From an uncultured Phycisphaera sp. (GTDB lineage Bacteria > Planctomycetota > Phycisphaerae > Phycisphaerales > SM1A02): DNA of 50,308 nt. Where the stretch lies: assembly GCA_963978155.1 (NCBI GenBank), contig CAXBRK010000001.1, positions 1 through 50,308 on the forward strand, in the 5' to 3' direction. A model generated the notes under the pieces. That model was not told the origin of the DNA and made no database searches. It was given only the letters and a program-made list of their open reading frames with translations. Shown here piece after piece: positions 45,341 through 50,308 of the stretch (within the stretch, counting starts at the first letter, position 1; each line of letters starts with the position of its first letter). The translations under genes were made by a program, and so were the position numbers.

Positions 45341-46042
45341 TCAGCGACGGCCCCGGGCACGAGCCCGGCCACCGGCAGCACTTGATTCAATTTCATCCAC
45401 GCCGTCTTCGAACATGCCCTTGTAGATCCACACCTTGATTCCGAGCACGCCGTACGTGGTGCGGCAGTGAATCGAGGCGTAGTCAACATTGGCTTGCAAG
45501 GTGGACAACGGAATGGATCCCAAACGGGTGGCGAACACCCGAGACATTTCGGCACCGCCGAGTCGACCGGACACACGGATCCGGACACCCTTGGCACCAT
45601 TTTGCATGGCTCCCTCGCAACGCTGCTTCAGCAAGCGGCGGTAGTTCGCACGCTTCTTCAGCTGCTCGGAGATGGACTCGGCGAGCAACCAAGCATTGCA
45701 GTCGGGGTTGCGAATTTCGACGATCTTCACCGCGACTTTTCGACCAGTGATGGCCTGGAGGTCACGCTGGAGCTTCTCGATTTCGACACCCTTTGGTCCG
45801 ATGACCAAACCAGGGCGGGCCGTCTTCAAGATGACCGTGAGTTCCTCACGGGTACGCTCGATCACAATGTCGGCAACCGCGGCAAAAGGAGGGGTCCGGT
45901 TCAATCGGCGATCGAGGAACTTCCGAATCTTGTAGTCCTCAACCAAGAGCTCAGCAAAGAGCGCCTTGGGGGCGTACCAACGAGACTTGTGGGTCTCGGT
46001 GATGCCAACGCGGAATCCGAAGGGATGGGTCTTCTGTCCCAT
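45341..46042 (-). CDS. rpsC: 30S ribosomal protein S3
   Basis: MGQKTHP.GFRVG, ARPGLVIG.KG, SGRLGGAE, T.YGVLGIKVWI. Confidence 0.98.
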   Translation of the reverse strand: MGQKTHPFGFRVGITETHKSRWYAPKALFAELLVEDYKIRKFLDRRLNRTPPFAAVADIVIERTREELTVILKTARPGLVIGPKGVEIEKLQRDLQAITGRKVAVKIVEIRNPDCNAWLLAESISEQLKKRANYRRLLKQRCEGAMQNGAKGVRIRVSGRLGGAEMSRVFATRLGSIPLSTLQANVDYASIHCRTTYGVLGIKVWIYKGMFEDGVDEIESSAAGGRARARGRR

Positions 46043-46045
46043 GGA

Positions 46046-46399
46046 TCAGGCCTCCTCAACCGGAACGGTGACCGGCTCGGCAAGCACGAGATGCAAGTGG
46101 CTCGTGCGCTTTTTAATGGGGTGGGCGCGACCGCGATCCTTGGGGTGGATGCGCTTCATGGTCGGGCCTTCGTCAACGCGGACTTCAAACACTTCGAGGC
46201 GGGATGAATCTGCATCCTGCTCTTCTGCGTTTGCCATCGCGCTCTTGAGAACACTCTTGTAATACCACGCAGCACGCTGCGGGCTGAATTCGAGGGCCAC
46301 AAGGGCCTCAGCGGCGTTCATGCCTCGAATCATGTCAGCCACCAAGCGTGCTTTACGCGGTGCGATACGGGCATTTCGGTGGGTCGCTCGGAAACTCAT
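46046..46399 (-). CDS. rplV: 50S ribosomal protein L22
   Basis: PRKARLVADMIRG, SA.ANAE, VDEGP..KR, GRA..I.KRTSH. Confidence 0.98.
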   Translation of the reverse strand: MSFRATHRNARIAPRKARLVADMIRGMNAAEALVALEFSPQRAAWYYKSVLKSAMANAEEQDADSSRLEVFEVRVDEGPTMKRIHPKDRGRAHPIKKRTSHLHLVLAEPVTVPVEEA

Positions 46400-46422
46400 A
46401 GGGGATCAACCTCGCAGCACGA

Positions 46423-46704
46423 TCAACGTGCCTTCAGGCCCTCCTTCTTGTTGGTGTGACCACGGAACGTGCGGGTGTGCGCAAACTCGCCGAGTTTGTG
46501 TCCCACCATGTCTTCGGTGACGTAGACATCGATGAACGCACGGCCGTTGTGCACCTGGAAGGTGCGACCGATGAATTCCGGCACGATGGTGCAGGCTCGC
46601 GCCCAAGTCTTGATGGGCTTGTTTTCGCCAGCAGTCTCCTGCTTCTCCACCTTGAGGTAGAGCTTGTAGTCGACATGGGGGCCTTTTTTCAGAGAACGAC
46701 TCAT
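46423..46704 (-). CDS. rpsS: 30S ribosomal protein S19
   Basis: [28 protein letters not shown]. Confidence 0.98.
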   Translation of the reverse strand: MSRSLKKGPHVDYKLYLKVEKQETAGENKPIKTWARACTIVPEFIGRTFQVHNGRAFIDVYVTEDMVGHKLGEFAHTRTFRGHTNKKEGLKAR

Positions 46705-46716
46705 GATGCTTGTACC

Positions 46717-47574
46717 TCAGACCTTCAACTGGCCGTAGCGCTTGCTCTTTCGACGACGAAGGATTCGGGCATCGGTCCACTTGCCCTTGATCCGTGTACG
46801 GCCACCTTTGGACTTGGTGCCAGAACGGGAGACCGGCTCGCGGCCACCCTTGGAACGACCTTCACCACCACCCAGTGGGTGAGCGTCGTGGTCCATGGCC
46901 ACACCACGGACTTTGGGACGACGCCCAAGCCAACGGGAGCGGCCGGCTTTTCCGAGGACCACGTGCTGGTGATCGGAGTTCCCGACCTCACCAATGGTCG
47001 CGCGGCATTCAACCGAGACTTGGCGAATTTCACCCGACGGGAGCACCAAGGTGGCCCAGCGGCCTTCTCGGTTGGTCAAGCGGGCGCCTGAACCGGCCGA
47101 ACGGCAAAGCTTGCCACCCCGGCGTGGTTCAAATTCGATGTTGTGCACTGTCATGCCCAAGGGAACAAACTTCAGAGGCATGGTGCAGCCGACTTCTGGC
47201 TCAATCGCTTCCATCGAGCTGCGGACGACCGTGTCCACCTTGAGATCCTTGGGAGCCAAGATGTACCGGCGGACGCCATCGGCATACTCAATGAGTGCGA
47301 TGTGGCAGGTGCGGTTTGGGTCGTATTCAATCGTCTTGACGACGGCGTCGATGCCGTCCTTGCGACGATTGAAATCGATCTTGCGATAGAGACGCTTGTG
47401 TCCGCCACCACGACCACGGCAGGTGATCACACCGTGGTGGTTGCGACCGCCCGTCTTGGGCAGGGCCGTGACGAGACTCTTCTCTGGACGCCCGGTGTAG
47501 GTGACCTCTTCGTGGAGGTTCACCGACGCGTTGCGGCGGCCGTTGGTAACCGGTTTGTAGACGCGAATGGCCAT
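46717..47574 (-). CDS. rplB: 50S ribosomal protein L2
   Basis: GRNHHG.IT, RGGGHKR.YR.IDF, EYDPNR, GKAGRSRW, HP.GGGEG. Confidence 0.98.
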   Translation of the reverse strand: MAIRVYKPVTNGRRNASVNLHEEVTYTGRPEKSLVTALPKTGGRNHHGVITCRGRGGGHKRLYRKIDFNRRKDGIDAVVKTIEYDPNRTCHIALIEYADGVRRYILAPKDLKVDTVVRSSMEAIEPEVGCTMPLKFVPLGMTVHNIEFEPRRGGKLCRSAGSGARLTNREGRWATLVLPSGEIRQVSVECRATIGEVGNSDHQHVVLGKAGRSRWLGRRPKVRGVAMDHDAHPLGGGEGRSKGGREPVSRSGTKSKGGRTRIKGKWTDARILRRRKSKRYGQLKV

Positions 47575-47588
47575 GGGACTTCTCCGGC

Positions 47589-47870
47589 TCAGAAGAGCTC
47601 GATGGACTCCTCAGGATGAACGGTGACGATGGCCCGCTTCATCACGCCCTGACGGAAGTGACCGTAGCGGTTGCGACGCATTTCGCCTTTACGGTTTTGC
47701 GTGGTCACGCGAAGGACCCGCACGTTGTAAATGGCTTCGACGGCCGCCTTGATGGCAGGCTTGTCGGCTTTGGGATCAACCTCAAATGCGTACGCGTTTT
47801 GGGCTTCAATGGTCTTGGTGGCCTTTTCGGTCACCAGGGGACGACGAAGGACTTGTTCGTGTTGCATCAC
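47589..47870 (-). CDS. rplW: 50S ribosomal protein L23
   Basis: PLVTEKA, F.VD..A.K..IK.AVE, K.AIV. Confidence 0.96.
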   Translation of the reverse strand: MMQHEQVLRRPLVTEKATKTIEAQNAYAFEVDPKADKPAIKAAVEAIYNVRVLRVTTQNRKGEMRRNRYGHFRQGVMKRAIVTVHPEESIELF

Positions 47871-48529
47871 ACGGCCTCCTTGGCGGCACCAAGAGCAAGC
47901 TCTGAGGCACGACCTTCAAGGAATGCTTCGAGCGTGGCCTTGCTGATGACCACGAAGCGGTGGTTCAGCATTTCGAAGGCATTCATTTGATCAATGCGAA
48001 CGGTGTCGACCGAATCGCAGTTGCGAGCGGACCGACGGGCGTTTTCTTCGCTTGGAGCCAAAGCCACCAAGCAGGTTCGGTTGACACCGACCGACTCAAG
48101 CATCTGCTTGAATTCAGCCGTTTTGGGGGCCGCAAAATCAAGTGAGTCGATCACTTTGACTTCGTTGTCCACCAATTTGGCAAGAAGGGCGTTCCGGTTG
48201 GCCAACTGCCGCATCTTCTTGGGCATGGTTTGCCGGAAGTCTTCCCGAGTTCGGGTCTTGGCAAAAGCAACACCACCACCCTTGCGGATGACGGTCCGGG
48301 CGGCACCCATACGGGCGTTGCCAGAGCCTTTTTGCTTGTAGAGCTTGCGGGTGGAGCCTTCCACCATGCCACGGCTCTTGGTGCGAGCCGAGCCTTGACG
48401 GGTGTTCGCGTGGAACATCACGAAGGCCTGCTTGAGCAGGGCTGGACGCACTTCCCCGCCGAGGGAAGCTTCATCCACGGGCATGGTGCCCACTTGGGTT
48501 CCGGATTGGTTGTAGATCGAGAGATCCAT
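47867..48529 (-). CDS. rplD: 50S ribosomal protein L4
   Basis: RQG...TK.R..V.GS.RK...QKG.G.AR.G, GGG.AF. Confidence 0.97.
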   Translation of the reverse strand: MDLSIYNQSGTQVGTMPVDEASLGGEVRPALLKQAFVMFHANTRQGSARTKSRGMVEGSTRKLYKQKGSGNARMGAARTVIRKGGGVAFAKTRTREDFRQTMPKKMRQLANRNALLAKLVDNEVKVIDSLDFAAPKTAEFKQMLESVGVNRTCLVALAPSEENARRSARNCDSVDTVRIDQMNAFEMLNHRFVVISKATLEAFLEGRASELALGAAKEAV

Positions 48530-48688
48530 CGTTGATTCCTTGCCTTGGCGAGCGATATTGCTCGCGGTGCCTCGTTCTCCCAGGTCCGTTTGCCGCGAGG
48601 CGGCGTGGGTGGGCAGAAGTTGACTTAGGTCCTGTGCTGACTTGTCGTGGTGGGGTGGTTCCGAAATCGGCCTACCTCACCTACCGGA

Positions 48689-49375
48689 TCATCCGGCTTT
48701 GACGGCGGTCTGCTTCCTCCGGTTGAGACGAACGGCCTCTCGCACGGTCACAATGCCGCGGTTGGGGCCAGGGACAGTGCCCTTGACGATAAGAAGGCCG
48801 CGCTCGGCATCCACCGAGATCACGTCCAAGTTTCGGGTGGTGGTGGTGAATCCACCGAGGCGACGGGCCATTCGCTTGCCCTTTTTCACGCCGCCAGAGT
48901 TACCAGCTTCCGAACCGTGGCCACCGATCGAACCCGGTGAACGGTGCTTCCGCTCGACGCCGTGAGACGCTTCTTTTCCTTTGAAGCCCCAGGCCTTCAT
49001 GCCGCCTTGGAAGCCCTTACCTTTGCTGGAACTGGTGACGTCGACGAATTTCACATCGGCGAAGACATCGGCCAACACGGTTTGCCCCAACTCGAACTCG
49101 GAAGCAGCGGCGTCGTCATCGAGACGCAACTCTTTGTGGAGACGCTTGGGGGCGGTTTGGGCTTTCGCATCATGACCAATCACGGGCATGGTGGAAAGGC
49201 GAGGTCGCACATCCTCAAAGCCGAACTGAACGGCCGCGTAGCCATCAGACTCCGAAGTCTTGACTTGGGTCACCACGCAGGGACCAACTTGCAGCACCGT
49301 GACAGGAATATTCTTTCCGTCTTCGGTGTAGTAGCGGGTCATGCCAACTTTTCTGCCGAGAATAAAGGGGGGCAT
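48689..49375 (-). CDS. rplC: 50S ribosomal protein L3
   Basis: G.KVGMT, PVTV, DGY.AVQ, SKGKGFQG, SHG...HR.PGSIG, KG.VPG. Confidence 0.98.
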   Translation of the reverse strand: MPPFILGRKVGMTRYYTEDGKNIPVTVLQVGPCVVTQVKTSESDGYAAVQFGFEDVRPRLSTMPVIGHDAKAQTAPKRLHKELRLDDDAAASEFELGQTVLADVFADVKFVDVTSSSKGKGFQGGMKAWGFKGKEASHGVERKHRSPGSIGGHGSEAGNSGGVKKGKRMARRLGGFTTTTRNLDVISVDAERGLLIVKGTVPGPNRGIVTVREAVRLNRRKQTAVKAG

Positions 49376-49383
49376 CAGTTGCT

Positions 49384-49413
49384 CCAGAAGGCTTGAGGCC
49401 AGAAGGCTTGAGG
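49384..49413. repeat. Perfect 15-bp tandem duplication
   Basis: CCAGAAGGCTTGAGG twice, in the rpsJ-rplC spacer. Confidence 0.9.
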
Positions 49414-49477
49414 AAAGTCAGGGATCGGGAAGAACGAGTCTTGAGGTTGATGTGACCGGAACAGAAGGGATCTTGGC

Positions 49478-49786
49478 TTAGGCCTTGATCTTGACGAAGA
49501 CACCAGCAGGAACAACCAGACGGTTCAACGCCTCGATGGTTCGTGCATTGGCATCGTTGATATCGATGATGCGCTTGTGGGTTCGGATCTCGAATTGCTC
49601 ACGCGACTTCTTGTTCACAAATGTGGAACGGTTCACCGTGTAGATCTCACGGCGGGTGGGCAACGGCACTGGACCAGCAACTTTGGCACCGGTGCGCTTG
49701 GCGTGATCAACGATCTCACGCGAGGACACATCGAGGGCCTGGTGGTCGTAGGCTTCGAGACGGATTCGGATAGTTGGGGCGCTCAC
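49478..49786 (-). CDS. rpsJ: 30S ribosomal protein S10
   Basis: [31 protein letters not shown]. Confidence 0.98.
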   Translation of the reverse strand: MSAPTIRIRLEAYDHQALDVSSREIVDHAKRTGAKVAGPVPLPTRREIYTVNRSTFVNKKSREQFEIRTHKRIIDINDANARTIEALNRLVVPAGVFVKIKA

Positions 49787-49990
49787 GCGGAAGTGCTCCG
49801 AAGTCCAAACACACGATGGAACGTGTATTCAACCAACAAGCTTGGCAGGACGCAGGGGCGAAGACGCCCCGCCGACGATGGATCGGGAACTCCCGATATC
49901 CCTGCCTGCCGAAGCCGGCCCGTCGGTGGGAGATGGTCACACGACCATCACCTGCACTCCAAACTCGTCCCCCGCAAAACCACGGGGGAA
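49787..49990 (-). ncRNA. Structured 5' leader of the S10 operon (candidate cis-regulatory RNA)
   Basis: About 200 nt between promoter and rpsJ with at least six inverted repeats. Confidence 0.5.
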
Positions 49991-49996
49991 AGGACA

Positions 49997-50024
49997 AGTG
50001 TACCACGACCCACCGCATTGTCAA
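49997..50024 (-). promoter_or_regulatory. Sigma70-type promoter of the S10 operon
   Basis: TTGACA-16 nt-TACACT with extended -10 TG. Confidence 0.8.
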
Positions 50025-50060
50025 CGCGTCCACCCCGGTTCTGAAAGTTAGGATGATCCG

Positions 50061-50308
50061 ATGCTTTGGCCCAAACTGATTCTTGCTGCTTCACTCTCAG
50101 GACTCAACGCCTCAGACAACGCCCCAACCCTCGCCGTAGTCCCCTCGCAACCACCAGTGGGCCGCAGGGTCTTGATCCCCACTTGGGAACTCGTGGTTCC
50201 TGTGCTGTCAGACTCCACTCCTATTTTGGAACAAAACGGCCCTGACAGCGTGGTTTTGATGACAGAGGCCAGCGAATCCCCCCGCTGGCTGGGCACAATC
50301 AGAGATCG
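50061..50308 (+). CDS. Partial hypothetical, probably exported protein (runs off the right edge)
   Basis: Hand translation MLWPKLILAASLSGLNA... open to the window end; TAGGAT 6 nt upstream. Confidence 0.55.
   Translation, partial: MLWPKLILAASLSGLNASDNAPTLAVVPSQPPVGRRVLIPTWELVVPVLSDSTPILEQNGPDSVVLMTEASESPRWLGTIRD

Noticed and set aside
49716-50296. ORFs 49716..50033 and 50048..50296 on the minus strand
   Set aside because: The first spans the promoter and leader; the second is antisense to the more plausible plus-strand CDS at 50061
1-50308. tRNA, rRNA, IS elements, prophage, CRISPR or defence genes
   Set aside because: No cloverleaf, transposase or integrase motif, repeat-spacer array or compositional island seen by eye

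Overview
GC-rich bacterial chromosome segment that looks like Planctomycetota, probably Phycisphaerales. The taxonomic call is an inference from the rpoA N-terminus 'HLKWRGLELP', the L14 loop insertion, the missing rpmD/rpsD and a dnaA with no dnaN. It is mostly core genome. From left to right: tilS, serS, nadK, an ABC ATPase with a large membrane protein, obgE, rpmA, a GNAT, dnaA coupled to a DegT-type aminotransferase, a flagellar hook-basal-body operon (flgBC-fliEFGHIJ-motE-like-fliK-flgDE), a four-gene block (large membrane protein, FliT/FlgN-like protein, sensorless histidine kinase, sigma54 activator), cdaA-cdaR, tyrS, pheS and the S10-spc-alpha ribosomal protein cluster. I found no tRNA/rRNA, mobile element or CRISPR array, and no clearly new multi-gene system. 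The best leads are: (1) a Campylobacter FlgSR-like sigma54 flagellar circuit with three readable -24/-12 promoters, one buried inside a coding region, plus an unknown 696-aa membrane protein coupled to it; (2) S14 and L36 that keep the short zinc-type length but have lost 3 of 4 zinc ligands; (3) a densely hairpinned ~200-nt S10 leader RNA; (4) repeated TAnnnT-6/7 nt-start leaderless promoters; (5) altered catalytic motifs in TyrRS (TIGN) and diadenylate cyclase (DLG). All calls come from motif recognition by eye; no searches or folding programs were run.
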